Source: an uncultured Acidobacteriaceae bacterium (lineage in GTDB: Bacteria; Acidobacteriota; Terriglobia; Terriglobales; Acidobacteriaceae). From it: DNA of 64,000 nt. The translations under genes were made by a program, and so were the position numbers. The stretch covers positions 15,304 through 79,303 of the forward strand of contig CAVQJM010000023.1 in assembly GCA_963712845.1 (NCBI GenBank), in the 5' to 3' direction. A model generated the notes under the pieces. It did not search any database and was not told the origin of the DNA. It was given only the letters and a program-made list of their open reading frames with translations. Position 1 is the first letter of the stretch, and each line of letters opens with the position of its first letter. Below, piece by piece: positions 10,567 through 19,202 of this stretch.

Positions 10567-10848
10567 TCATCGGAGCTTACTCATCTGGTTGTGTGACCGT
10601 CTGGCTGTACCAGCGACGATTGCTCGGCCCCACTTGTCAACTTCGGTGCCGCAAATGTGACACAAGCCACCGCCCCACAAGGCCTGTCTCAACGACCGGG
10701 GTGTTCGGGAGACTACAAGGTGCGTTTTGCAGTCGGGACAAGAGAGCGTTTCAAGGTTTATCCCCCACCTGTTTTTTGCGAGGGTCCCATAGAGCACCAA
10801 TAGTAGTCCGCAACATAAGACGCCAAGGAGTACCAGGAGTGTGATCAT
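10567..10848 (-). CDS. Small membrane-anchored zinc-ribbon protein (hypothetical)
   Basis: The ATG at 10848 gives a 93-aa protein with one N-terminal TM helix (MITLLVLLGVLCCGLLLVLYG) and two CxxC pairs (CPDC...CHIC). The longer ORF-track form overlaps the upstream gene and is rejected. Confidence 0.5.
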   Translation of the reverse strand: MITLLVLLGVLCCGLLLVLYGTLAKNRWGINLETLSCPDCKTHLVVSRTPRSLRQALWGGGLCHICGTEVDKWGRAIVAGTARRSHNQMSKLR

Positions 10849-10862
10849 TTCATCTCCGAACC

Positions 10863-11687
10863 CTAGATTCCAAATTTCTGAAAGGTGGCGGCGGCGCGCT
10901 CGGCCACGCTGTCCTGTGTATCGCCGAGCTCGTAGTGGATCTCCAGCAGCGCGGCGGGCGAGCGTGGTGCTGTTTTGAGCGCGGCGATTGGCTGCTCCCA
11001 TTCGATGGTGCCGTCGCCGGGCCACAGGTGCGCGTCGCGGTCGTGATGATTGTCGTGCAGGTGCGTAGAGCCGATGAGCGGCAGCAGCGTTTGGAGCGAA
11101 GGATCCACGCCCGCCATCAGATGGGCATGTCCGATATCGAAGCAGACGCCGACGTTGGCGAAGTGGCCGACGCGGATGATCTCGACCAGATTTGCGGGAG
11201 TGGTCACGTCGTTCTGGATGTTTTCGAGCAGCAGCTTGACGCCGAGTGGGCCGCCAAAAGCCTTCAGGTGCTCGATGGCCGTGAGCGCATTCTCGAGTGC
11301 GCGCTCGTCCCACTCCGAATCGCGGTCGCCGATGTGCAGAACCAGGAACTGGTAGTGCAGTATCTCCGCGGCTTCGAGAGCGCGCTTTACCTCATCCATG
11401 CCGTCGATGCGGCGGGACTTCTCGTTGTGCACGACGTTAATGGCGGGCATGCCGCCGCGGCCCATATCCGAGTCGGCATAGATTGGCGCATGCAGCGAGT
11501 GCGGCTTGACGTTACTCGACTGGAACCAGTCGGCGATCTCCTTGATGTGCTGGCGGCTGGTGTAGTCGAAGTGCTGGCGCGCGGCGAAGACTTCAATAGC
11601 CTGAGCGCCGCCGCGAGCGAGCGTGTCGAGCAGGCCGGGGTGAAGACGCTGGCGGAGGAAGACATGGGTGGAGAGGGCTCGAAGCAT
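10863..11687 (-). CDS. Sugar phosphate isomerase/epimerase (xylose isomerase-like TIM barrel)
   Basis: 274 aa with the pattern typical of AP endonuclease 2/xylose-isomerase-like barrels: LHAPI...LVLHIG...LLLENI...FDIGHAHL...HLHDN. Confidence 0.75.
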   Translation of the reverse strand: MLRALSTHVFLRQRLHPGLLDTLARGGAQAIEVFAARQHFDYTSRQHIKEIADWFQSSNVKPHSLHAPIYADSDMGRGGMPAINVVHNEKSRRIDGMDEVKRALEAAEILHYQFLVLHIGDRDSEWDERALENALTAIEHLKAFGGPLGVKLLLENIQNDVTTPANLVEIIRVGHFANVGVCFDIGHAHLMAGVDPSLQTLLPLIGSTHLHDNHHDRDAHLWPGDGTIEWEQPIAALKTAPRSPAALLEIHYELGDTQDSVAERAAATFQKFGI

Positions 11688-11761
11688 GGGTGGGTTCCGC
11701 TCTCTATCTTCTCATTGCGGGCTGGCGATAAGCAGTTGCAGTCGCGGTGACATCGGTCGCG

Positions 11762-13498
11762 CTAGTATCCAGCGGCTTTGCCGAAGTCGTGGCGGTGATC
11801 CTGGCCGCCTTCCAGCTTCCCGGTTTTCGGGTTGATTGCGATGCATTCGCCATCGCTCCAGTGACCGCCCTGCTTCAGGGTGTAGCCCTCGGCGGTGAGC
11901 TTTGCGGCGGTGTCTGCGGGGAAGCCGGCTTCGACGTAGAGCATGTCGGGTAGGTATTGGTGATGGAAGCGCGGCGCGTCGACCGCCTGCTGGATGTTGA
12001 GGCCGCCCTCGGCGGTGCTGAGGAAGATGTTGAGCACGGTGGTGGTGATGCGCGGGCCGCCGGGCGAGCCGAGCACCATCGCGACCTTTCCGTTCCTGAG
12101 CACGATGGTCGGCGTCATGGCGGAGAGTGGGCGATGGCCGGGCGCGATGGCGTTGTTCGGCCCCTGGATGAGGCCGTACATGTTGGGCGCGCCCTGCTTG
12201 GAGGCGAAGTCGTCCATCTCGTCATTGAGCAGGAAGCCGAGGCCGGTGGCGGTGGCGTGCGAGCCGAAGCCGTTGTTGAGCGTGGTGGTGACGGCGACGG
12301 CGTTGCCCTCCGCGTCGAGCACGGAGTAGTGGGTGGTGTCGGTGGATTTCGATTCGGCAACGGTGGCGGTAGGCGGCGGAGGCAGGAAGCCGGCGGGACG
12401 CTGCAGGTCCTTGGACGGCGTGGCGTGGTCGAGCACGATCGACTTGCGCCAGGCATCGGCATAGGCGGGATTGAGCAGCGCGGCCTGCGGGATTTTGGCG
12501 AAGTCGGGATCGCCGAGATAGTCGGTGCGGTCCATGTAGGCGCGGCGCATGGCCTCGGTGATGCGTTGGACCTCGGGCGCGGTGCGATCGCCAAGCTTCG
12601 CGAGGTCATAGGGGCGAAGGATGTTGAGCATTTCGATGAGCGCAATCCCGCCAGCGGAAGGTGGCGGAGCACTGACGATCTCGTAACCGTGATAGCGACC
12701 TTTGACGGGAACGCGCTCCCGGACCTGGTAGTGGGCGAGGTCGGCTTCGGTAACCAGTCCGCCATTGGTCTTCATGTCGGCGGCGAGCTTGCGGGCGATC
12801 TCGCCGTGGTAGAAGTCGCCGGGGTCGGCGGCGATGCGCTTCAGCGTGGCGGCTAGCTCGGGCTGGCGGAAGGTGTCGCCGGGTTGGTAATAGGTGCCGG
12901 TGGAGGCTGTCTGGAAGACCCTGTGGGACTCGGGGAACTTCGCCAGATCCTTGTCGTGCAGCGCGGCGGCTTCCTGATCGCTGAGGGTGAAGCCATGCTC
13001 AGCGAGCTGGATGGCGGGGGCGATGACGGCCTTGAGGCCGAGCTTGCCGTATTTTTTCTCTGCGTAGGTAAGGCCGGCGACCGAGCCGGGGACGGCGACG
13101 GATTTGTAGCCCAGCGTGCTGGCGCCGGGAATCGCGTTGCGCTGTGCATCGAGGTACATATCGCGCCAGGCGGCGGCGGGCGCGGTCTCACGGTAGTCAA
13201 TGAAGAGATCGTGTTTCGGGCCCTTCGCGAGGTGGACGAGCATGAATCCTCCTCCGCCGATGTTGCCCGCGAACGGATAGACGACAGCGAGCGCGAAGCC
13301 GGTGGCGACTGCCGCGTCCACCGCATTGCCGCCCTGTTTCAGGATGGCGACTCCGGCGTCGGTGGCGTCGTGGTGCACGCTGACCACCATGGCGTGCTCG
13401 GCGGTCGCGGGGGTCTCGTCTTGCGCGATGGCTACGTTGGCGACGGCAAAAGACACGAGGAGCAGGGCGGCGAGGGGAACACCAGACTGGCTCGGCAT
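11762..13498 (-). CDS. ggt: Gamma-glutamyltransferase
   Basis: 578 aa with a signal peptide. GGT blocks include GGNAVDAAVA, GGGGFMLVH, the autoprocessing-site region DTTHYSVLD, and SMTPTIVL...GSPGGPRIT. Confidence 0.9.
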   Translation of the reverse strand: MPSQSGVPLAALLLVSFAVANVAIAQDETPATAEHAMVVSVHHDATDAGVAILKQGGNAVDAAVATGFALAVVYPFAGNIGGGGFMLVHLAKGPKHDLFIDYRETAPAAAWRDMYLDAQRNAIPGASTLGYKSVAVPGSVAGLTYAEKKYGKLGLKAVIAPAIQLAEHGFTLSDQEAAALHDKDLAKFPESHRVFQTASTGTYYQPGDTFRQPELAATLKRIAADPGDFYHGEIARKLAADMKTNGGLVTEADLAHYQVRERVPVKGRYHGYEIVSAPPPSAGGIALIEMLNILRPYDLAKLGDRTAPEVQRITEAMRRAYMDRTDYLGDPDFAKIPQAALLNPAYADAWRKSIVLDHATPSKDLQRPAGFLPPPPTATVAESKSTDTTHYSVLDAEGNAVAVTTTLNNGFGSHATATGLGFLLNDEMDDFASKQGAPNMYGLIQGPNNAIAPGHRPLSAMTPTIVLRNGKVAMVLGSPGGPRITTTVLNIFLSTAEGGLNIQQAVDAPRFHHQYLPDMLYVEAGFPADTAAKLTAEGYTLKQGGHWSDGECIAINPKTGKLEGGQDHRHDFGKAAGY

Positions 13499-13511
13499 GG
13501 GAGGAGTGTAG

Positions 13512-13597
13512 AGCCTCTAGCTTCTAGCTCCTAGCCGGTGAGGCGGCAATTACGGCGCCGCTGGTCTCACCAGGAATGCAACTAGGAGCTAGAGGCT
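13512..13597. repeat. CTAG-rich imperfect inverted repeat in the ggt/ispE divergent intergenic region
   Basis: The left arm AGCCTCTAGC(ttctagc)TCCTAG..CCGGTGAG (13512-13541) is complementary to the right arm CTCACCAGG..CTAGGAGCTAGAGGCT (13566-13597). It lies between two divergently transcribed genes. Confidence 0.6.
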
Positions 13598-13617
13598 GCT
13601 TCTAGAATGACGAAGGC

Positions 13618-14658
13618 ATGTCTGTCACGCTGCGCTCGTTTGCGAAGATCAACCTGGGATTGGCGATTGGTCTGGCGCGGCCGGATGGATATCACGCGCT
13701 CGCGACCGTCTATCAGACGATTGCGCTGCATGATCTGGTGACAGTGGCGGCGCGCCGTGCTCAAGCGACACGGATCACTCTGACCTCGAACGACGAGCGC
13801 GTGCCCACTGACGCGCGCAACACCGCATGGAAGATGGTGGAGCGTGCGTTGTCGGTGCTCGACATCGCGGCCGAGGTCGAGATTCATATTGAGAAGCGGC
13901 TGCCGGTGCAGGGCGGTCTGGGCGCCGGATCGGCGAATGCGGCGGCGGCGCTGGTGGCTTTGCAGTGGCAGATCGGCGCCGCTCTGTTCCCCGAAGATCG
14001 GATGCGCGTGGCGGCGGAGGTTGGGTCGGATGTACCGCTCTTCCTGGTGGGCGGCGCGGTGCTAGGGCAGGGACGGGGTGAGGTGGTGACTCCGCTGCCA
14101 GATATGCCGGCGATGCCCTGCGTGGTGGCCGTGCCGGAGCTTGGCGTGTCCACGCCTGCCGCTTTTCGGGAATGGGATGCGCGGCATTCCGCATTGACCC
14201 CCGCCGCCTCAACCGATAGACTTGAAGAGTTGAGTCGGTCTGTCTCCGCAGCGTGGGGTCAGCCGCACTCCTCCGGTGTCTCCAGGGCGGCCGTTTCGGA
14301 AGGAATTTCCGAGGCGGATGTGGCCCACAAGGGAGACCTGGCCGAGACTCCGCTTCTCGCGCTTGTCCGCACCGGGATGGCAAACGACTTCGAAGAGGTC
14401 GTCTTTGCGCAGTATCCCTCTCTTGCAGACATCGTGCGTGTGCTTCGTGGCTCCGGCCAGGCTGATTTCCATCAGTCCGGGGATGCGGCTCTTTATGCTG
14501 CACTTTCGGGCTCGGGTTCGGCCCTGTTTGGACTGTATGCGAGCGGCGAAGCGGCAGATCGGGCGGCAGGGCGTCTTCGGGATCGCGGCATTGTGGCGCT
14601 GCGGACTGAAACCTTGCCTCGCGAGCAGTATTGGCGCACGATGTGGGTGGATTCATAA
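13618..14658 (+). CDS. ispE: 4-(cytidine 5-diphospho)-2-C-methyl-D-erythritol kinase
   Basis: N-terminus FAKINLGLAIGLARPDGYHALATVYQTI and GHMP-kinase motif LPVQGGLGAGSANAAAAL. At 346 aa it is about 45-60 aa longer than typical IspE because of an internal insert. Confidence 0.88.
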   Translation: MSVTLRSFAKINLGLAIGLARPDGYHALATVYQTIALHDLVTVAARRAQATRITLTSNDERVPTDARNTAWKMVERALSVLDIAAEVEIHIEKRLPVQGGLGAGSANAAAALVALQWQIGAALFPEDRMRVAAEVGSDVPLFLVGGAVLGQGRGEVVTPLPDMPAMPCVVAVPELGVSTPAAFREWDARHSALTPAASTDRLEELSRSVSAAWGQPHSSGVSRAAVSEGISEADVAHKGDLAETPLLALVRTGMANDFEEVVFAQYPSLADIVRVLRGSGQADFHQSGDAALYAALSGSGSALFGLYASGEAADRAAGRLRDRGIVALRTETLPREQYWRTMWVDS

Positions 14659-14713
14659 GCTGTTCGGCGAAACTGCTGGCAGCATGTCACCCGCCTCTCC
14701 GCCAGCAGCCTGT

Positions 14714-14787
14714 TGGGCGATCGACTAATGGTAGGTCAAGTGCCTTTGGAGCACTTTGTCTAGGTTCGAATCCTAGTCGCCCAGCCA
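14714..14787 (+). tRNA. tRNA-Gln (anticodon TTG), CCA encoded
   Basis: The cloverleaf can be read directly. Acceptor TGGGCGA/TCGCCCA; D-arm GACTAATGGTAGGTC; anticodon stem AGTGC/GCACT with loop CTTTGGA; T-arm CTAGGTTCGAATCCTAG; discriminator G plus CCA. Confidence 0.9.
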
Positions 14788-14908
14788 CTCTGTTCCGGTG
14801 CATCATGCCCCGGAGCGTCTGCCGCGGATGCAGGTCAAGCCGCGGCGCGAGCGTCCATTTTGTTCACCAGCGCAGTTCACCAACGCAAACCAGCTTGGGA
14901 GACACGTG

Positions 14909-15952
14909 ATGAAGCAAGAGACGGCAGTGGCGACGGAAATCGAGCCGGAAACGGCGAGCAGCAACAACTTTCAGCCTGCGCCGGAGCGCAAGCGCAACCG
15001 CGGCTTGAGCGAAGACAAGCGCTTCAAGATATTTGCCGGATCGGCGAACCGGCAGCTTGCCGAAGAGATTTGCAAGCAGATCGGCGTGCCGCTGGGCGAG
15101 ACCAAGATCCAGCGCTTTGCCGATGGCGAGATCTACTTTCAGCTTCTGGAGAATGTGCGTGGCGTGGATGTCTTCGTCGTTCAACCCACGTGCAATCCGG
15201 TGGACTCGAACCTGGTGGAGCTGCTGATCATGATCGACGCGCTGAAGCGTGCCTCCGCCGGCCGGATCACCACGGTGGTGCCGTATTACGGCTACGCCCG
15301 GCAGGACCGCAAGGACCGCCCGCGCGTCGCCATCTCGTCCAAGCTGGTGGCCGACCTGCTGACCACGGCCGGGACCAACCGCGCGCTCTTCATGGACCTG
15401 CACGCGGCGCAGATTCAGGGCTTTTTCAATATTCCGGTCGATCACCTGTTCGCCAGCCCGGTGATGGTGGGCTACTTCAGCAAAAAAAATCTGCCGAACC
15501 TGACCGTCGTCTCACCCGATGCGGGCGGCGTGGAGCGCGCGCGCTTCTTCGCGACCAAGATGGGCGCGCCGCTGGCGATTGTGGACAAGCGGCGCACGGA
15601 CATCAACGTGACCGAGGTGATGAACGTGATCGGTGATGTGGAAGGGCGCACCTGCCTGATCATCGACGACATCGTGGACACGGCGGGCACATTGGTGAAG
15701 ACCGCGCATGCGCTGCTCGATGAAGGCGCGACCGAAGTCTACGCGTGCGCGTCGCATCCGGTGCTTTCCGGGCCGGCCATCGAGCGCATTGCCACCTCGC
15801 GCATCAAGGAGCTGGTGGTCACCAACTCTATTCCGCTGTGCGAAGAGGCGAAGGCGGTGGACAAGATCAAGGTGCTGTCGATTGCCGGCCTGCTGGGCGC
15901 GGCCATCGAGAGCATTCACATGGAGACGAGCGTGAGCTCGCTCTTTAACTAA
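14909..15952 (+). CDS. prs: Ribose-phosphate pyrophosphokinase
   Basis: The ATG at 14909 is chosen. Motifs: FKIFAGSANRQLAEEI, VPYYGYARQDRK, DLHAAQIQGFF, and the PRPP loop CLIIDDIVDTAGT. Confidence 0.92.
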   Translation: MKQETAVATEIEPETASSNNFQPAPERKRNRGLSEDKRFKIFAGSANRQLAEEICKQIGVPLGETKIQRFADGEIYFQLLENVRGVDVFVVQPTCNPVDSNLVELLIMIDALKRASAGRITTVVPYYGYARQDRKDRPRVAISSKLVADLLTTAGTNRALFMDLHAAQIQGFFNIPVDHLFASPVMVGYFSKKNLPNLTVVSPDAGGVERARFFATKMGAPLAIVDKRRTDINVTEVMNVIGDVEGRTCLIIDDIVDTAGTLVKTAHALLDEGATEVYACASHPVLSGPAIERIATSRIKELVVTNSIPLCEEAKAVDKIKVLSIAGLLGAAIESIHMETSVSSLFN

Positions 15953-16018
15953 CCAGCAAGAAAGGGAGTAGAGAGCGGCTTCACCGTCGCTCTCCATGAC
16001 CGAAAGGAAAACGAAACA

Positions 16019-16714
16019 ATGGCAAGCACAGAACTGGTAACGGCAATGACCCGCGAGGGCAAGTTCAACAAGAACGCGGCGCGGCGGGTGCGTGTGGCGG
16101 GGAAGATTCCCGCAGTGATCTACGGCGCCAAGGAGCCGTCGATCGCGATCGAGCTCGATCCCAAGCAGATCCTGCGCATCCTGCACTCGGCCTCCGGCCA
16201 CAACACTATCTTCGACGTGGACGTGAAGGGCAGCGCGCGCGTCAAGGCGATGATCGTGGACTGGCAGTACGAGCCCATCAAGGGCAGCCTGCTGCACATC
16301 GACCTGAAGCGCATCGCGATGGACAAGGCGATGGTGGTCGAGGTGCCGATCCACCTGGAAGGCATTCCAATCGGCGTGAAGGCCGAGGGCGGCCTGTTGG
16401 ATCAGGTGCTGCGCGAGGTGGAGATCGAGTGCCTGCCGGGAGATATTCCGGCGCACATCGCGCTCGATGTGACCGGGATGAAGCTGCACGATGTCGTCCG
16501 CGTCTCCGACCTGCCGCACGGCGGCAAGTTCAAGTTCATCACCGACGAGGATGCGACGGTCGCGCACGTAACCGTGATCAAGGAAGAAGTGGTGGCAGAA
16601 CCCGATGCAGTGGCCACTGCTGTGACGCCGGCTGAACCGGAAGTGGTGAAGAAGGGCAAGCAGGATGCGGAGGAGGCAGGCGGCGACGCTGCCAAAGCCG
16701 GCGGCAAGAAGTAG
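16019..16714 (+). CDS. rplY: 50S ribosomal protein L25 / general stress protein Ctc (long form)
   Basis: 231 aa. N-terminal L25 fold signature (GKIPAVIYG, HNTIFDVDV, VDWQYEPIKGSLLHIDL) plus the Ctc C-domain and an acidic/basic tail. It sits in the conserved prs-ctc-pth position. Confidence 0.9.
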   Translation: MASTELVTAMTREGKFNKNAARRVRVAGKIPAVIYGAKEPSIAIELDPKQILRILHSASGHNTIFDVDVKGSARVKAMIVDWQYEPIKGSLLHIDLKRIAMDKAMVVEVPIHLEGIPIGVKAEGGLLDQVLREVEIECLPGDIPAHIALDVTGMKLHDVVRVSDLPHGGKFKFITDEDATVAHVTVIKEEVVAEPDAVATAVTPAEPEVVKKGKQDAEEAGGDAAKAGGKK

Positions 16715-16780
16715 GCAGTGCCGTCCAGAGCAATGGACGCCGGTGCGATGGAGCCGGAGAGTCGGGCGCAGGATGCCGGG

Positions 16781-17479
16781 ATGCGCGGATCGGTCGATGC
16801 GGTCCGCGGTCCATTCCTGGTCATCGGGCTGGGCAATCCGGGGATCGAGTACCAGTGGACGCCGCACAACGCGGGATTCCTGGCCATCGACCGGCTGGCT
16901 GCGCGGGCCGGGGCAACGGTGAGCAATCGCCGCTGCCGGGCACTCACCGCCACGACGCGCATTGCGGGCCGTGAGGTGGTGCTGGCCAAGCCGGAGACCT
17001 ACATGAACCTGAGCGGGTTGTCCGTTCAGGCGCTCTTGCAGGAGTTTGGCGAGGAAGGTGCGAAGCGGGGTTCTGGCTTGCTGGTGCTGTATGACGAGCT
17101 GGCATTGCCGCTGGGCACGCTGCGAGTGCGGGCTGGAGGATCTTCGGGAGGCCACAACGGCGCCCGATCGATCAACGGTTCGCTGGGCACGGAGGAGTGG
17201 GCAAGGATCCGGATCGGTGTCGGGCCGGATGGGCTGGAGACAGCGTCGCGGCGGGGGAAGGATTACCTGCTGACGCCGATGCGGAAGAAGGAACTGGCGG
17301 TGCTCGACGAGGGGCTGGATCGCGTCGCCGAGGCCGTGGAGACGGTCATCGTGAGCGGAGTAGCCGCGGCGATGAACAAGTGGAACGGGCCGGCGGGGGG
17401 AACGACTCCTCAAAGGCCGAGTGACGGAAGGCCGAGTGAGATACGCCGCAGTACGTGTTACGAGATCGAAGTGACGTAA
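16781..17479 (+). CDS. pth: Peptidyl-tRNA hydrolase
   Basis: FLVIGLGNPGIEYQWTPHNAGF, KPETYMNLSG, GGSSGGHNGARSI. The start is uncertain, with in-frame alternatives at 16718 and 16748. It has a low-complexity C-terminal tail. Confidence 0.85.
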   Translation: MRGSVDAVRGPFLVIGLGNPGIEYQWTPHNAGFLAIDRLAARAGATVSNRRCRALTATTRIAGREVVLAKPETYMNLSGLSVQALLQEFGEEGAKRGSGLLVLYDELALPLGTLRVRAGGSSGGHNGARSINGSLGTEEWARIRIGVGPDGLETASRRGKDYLLTPMRKKELAVLDEGLDRVAEAVETVIVSGVAAAMNKWNGPAGGTTPQRPSDGRPSEIRRSTCYEIEVT

Positions 17480-17526
17480 CGGAGTTCAGGTAACTGTAGT
17501 TAAGGTTTTTAGGAAGAGAGAAACGC

Positions 17527-17946
17527 ATGCAACGTAGCTATGAAGTGATGTTCATCGTGCGCCCGGATATGGAAGAGGCGGATGTCGACAAGCTGATCGC
17601 GGGACTGGAGCAGACCATCACCCACGGTGGTGGCGTTCTGAAGTCGACCGAGAAGCTGGGCCGGCGCAAGCTGTCCTACATGGTGCGCAAGTTCAATGAC
17701 GGCAATTACGTCCTGCTGGTCGTTCAGGCAGAAGGCAATCTGATTGCCGAGGTGGAGCGCCGTCTCCGCGTGACCGAGCCGGTGATCAAGTTCATCACCG
17801 TGCGCACGGACGAGGAAGAGAAGCGCGCGGACAAGATCAAGGCGATCCGCGCGACGCGCAAGAAGCTGAGTGCGCAGCCAGCCGCTGCGGCTCCTGCTCC
17901 TGAAGCCGAAGCGCCTGCCGCCACGGAAGCCGCGGCCAGCGCTTAA
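17527..17946 (+). CDS. rpsF: 30S ribosomal protein S6
   Basis: MQRSYEVMFIVRPDMEE...LGRRKLSYMVRK...GNYVLL. Ala/Pro-rich C-terminal tail. Confidence 0.92.
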   Translation: MQRSYEVMFIVRPDMEEADVDKLIAGLEQTITHGGGVLKSTEKLGRRKLSYMVRKFNDGNYVLLVVQAEGNLIAEVERRLRVTEPVIKFITVRTDEEEKRADKIKAIRATRKKLSAQPAAAAPAPEAEAPAATEAAASA

Positions 17947-18078
17947 CCAGTCTGCGCGTCCGTCACCAAGAAGCGCCGGCCACGTGCCGGCACACCAATG
18001 CAGCCGGTCCTGTTTATTGCAGGGCCTGTCCCGCCGACTGAATACGAAGAGCCGGGCGGGAAGAAAGAAAAGGAAACC

Positions 18079-18525
18079 ATGGCTGAAGAGACCAGCACAG
18101 CAACAGCAACACCGCGCGCCGAGGGCGCCGCGACCGAACGTCCTTTCGGAGATCGTCCAGACCGCCCCGCAGGCGACCGGCCGGATCGTCCCGCAGGCGA
18201 TCGTCCATCGGGAGACCGGCCAGACCGTCCGGCGGGTGGCCCCGGCGGGCGTGGCCCAGGGGGACGCGGACCGGGTGGTCCGGGTGGTTCAGGTCCAGGA
18301 GGGCGGAAGTTCTTCCGGCGTAAGAAGGTCTGTAAGTTCTGCGTGGAGAAGATCGACTCCATTCACTACCGTGATGTGCGGCTGCTGCAGCAGTTCGTCG
18401 CTGAGCGGGGCAAGATTGTTCCCCGCCGCCTGACCGGTGTCTGCACCACGCACCAGCGGAGACTCACGCGCGCCATTAAGCAGGCCCGCAACATCGCCTT
18501 GCTGCCATTCGCGGCGCGGTACTAG
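18079..18525 (+). CDS. rpsR: 30S ribosomal protein S18 with a long Gly/Pro/Arg-rich N-terminal extension
   Basis: The conserved S18 core [67 protein letters not shown] occupies the C-terminal ~75 aa. The ATG at 18079 follows a purine-rich RBS (aaggaaacc). The start is not certain. Confidence 0.85.
   Translation: MAEETSTATATPRAEGAATERPFGDRPDRPAGDRPDRPAGDRPSGDRPDRPAGGPGGRGPGGRGPGGPGGSGPGGRKFFRRKKVCKFCVEKIDSIHYRDVRLLQQFVAERGKIVPRRLTGVCTTHQRRLTRAIKQARNIALLPFAARY
18148..18303 (+). repeat. In-frame tandem oligopeptide repeats inside rpsR (GDRPDRPA x3-4, then GPGGRGPGG-type)
   Basis: The DNA repeats gaccg(c/t)cc(c/g)gc(a/g)gg(c/t)ga(c/t)cg... encode [53 protein letters not shown]. Confidence 0.8.
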
Positions 18526-18597
18526 TATGGCCGGTTCCAGCTGCGCGGCAGCCACGCCCGCCCGCAACGCTGGTGCGCCACAACACTGAGGAGAGTT

Positions 18598-19053
18598 ATG
18601 GAAGTCATTCTGAAGGAAGACGTCGACACACTGGGTCACCGCGGAGACGTGGTGAAGGTGGCCGACGGCTACGGACGCAACTTTCTGCTGCCGAAGAAGC
18701 TTGCGATTGAAGCCACGGCAGCCAACCGGAACGTGATCGAGCAGATGAAGCAGTCGGCCGTGCGGCGCTCCGCAAAAGAGAAAGCGGATGCGCAGCAACA
18801 GGTTGCGCTGATGGAGCAGGTGGAGCTGGTCTTCACGCGCAAGGTGGGCGAGAACGAGCACCTGTTCGGCTCGGTGACCTCGTCGGACATCGCGCATGCA
18901 CTGGAGCAGAAGGGCTACCCGATCGACCGCCGCAAGGTGCAACTGGATGAGCCGCTGAAGCAACTGGGCGAGTTCCACATTCCGGTGAAGCTGCACCGCG
19001 AGGTGAGCGCGCACATCAAGGTCACGGTGAGCGCCGAGGGCGGCGAAGCCTAA
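18598..19053 (+). CDS. rplI: 50S ribosomal protein L9
   Basis: MEVILKEDVDTLGHRGDVVKVADGYGRNFLLPKKLA; 151 aa. Confidence 0.93.
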   Translation: MEVILKEDVDTLGHRGDVVKVADGYGRNFLLPKKLAIEATAANRNVIEQMKQSAVRRSAKEKADAQQQVALMEQVELVFTRKVGENEHLFGSVTSSDIAHALEQKGYPIDRRKVQLDEPLKQLGEFHIPVKLHREVSAHIKVTVSAEGGEA

Positions 19054-19075
19054 GACTTCACCGTTTTGTAGCTTC

Positions 19076-19111
19076 AAAAGGGCACTCAGCCTTGCGCTGC
19101 GTGCCCTTTTC
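19076..19111 (+). terminator. Rho-independent terminator after rplI
   Basis: AAAAGGGCAC (19076-19085) pairs with GTGCCCTTTT (19101-19110), followed by TC. An A-tract upstream gives bidirectional potential. Confidence 0.75.
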
Positions 19112-19202
19112 TATGCACCTCGCCCCCCTCATTAAGGAGAGATTTTCCCGATATCTGGAATAAATCGGCCGCGATTCAGTTAACGAAGTCAGCGAGCTGC
19201 CG

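Noticed and set aside
15512-17413. 633-aa ORF on the minus strand
   Set aside because: It lies antisense to prs, rplY and pth, which all have unmistakable motifs. Its translation is Arg/His/Leu-rich and low-complexity, as expected for the mirror frame of high-GC genes.
17947-18078. Remnant of ssb between rpsF and rpsR
   Set aside because: No frame of this 132-nt spacer encodes OB-fold-like sequence. The link between the Gly/Pro-rich S18 extension and an SSB tail is only a compositional analogy.
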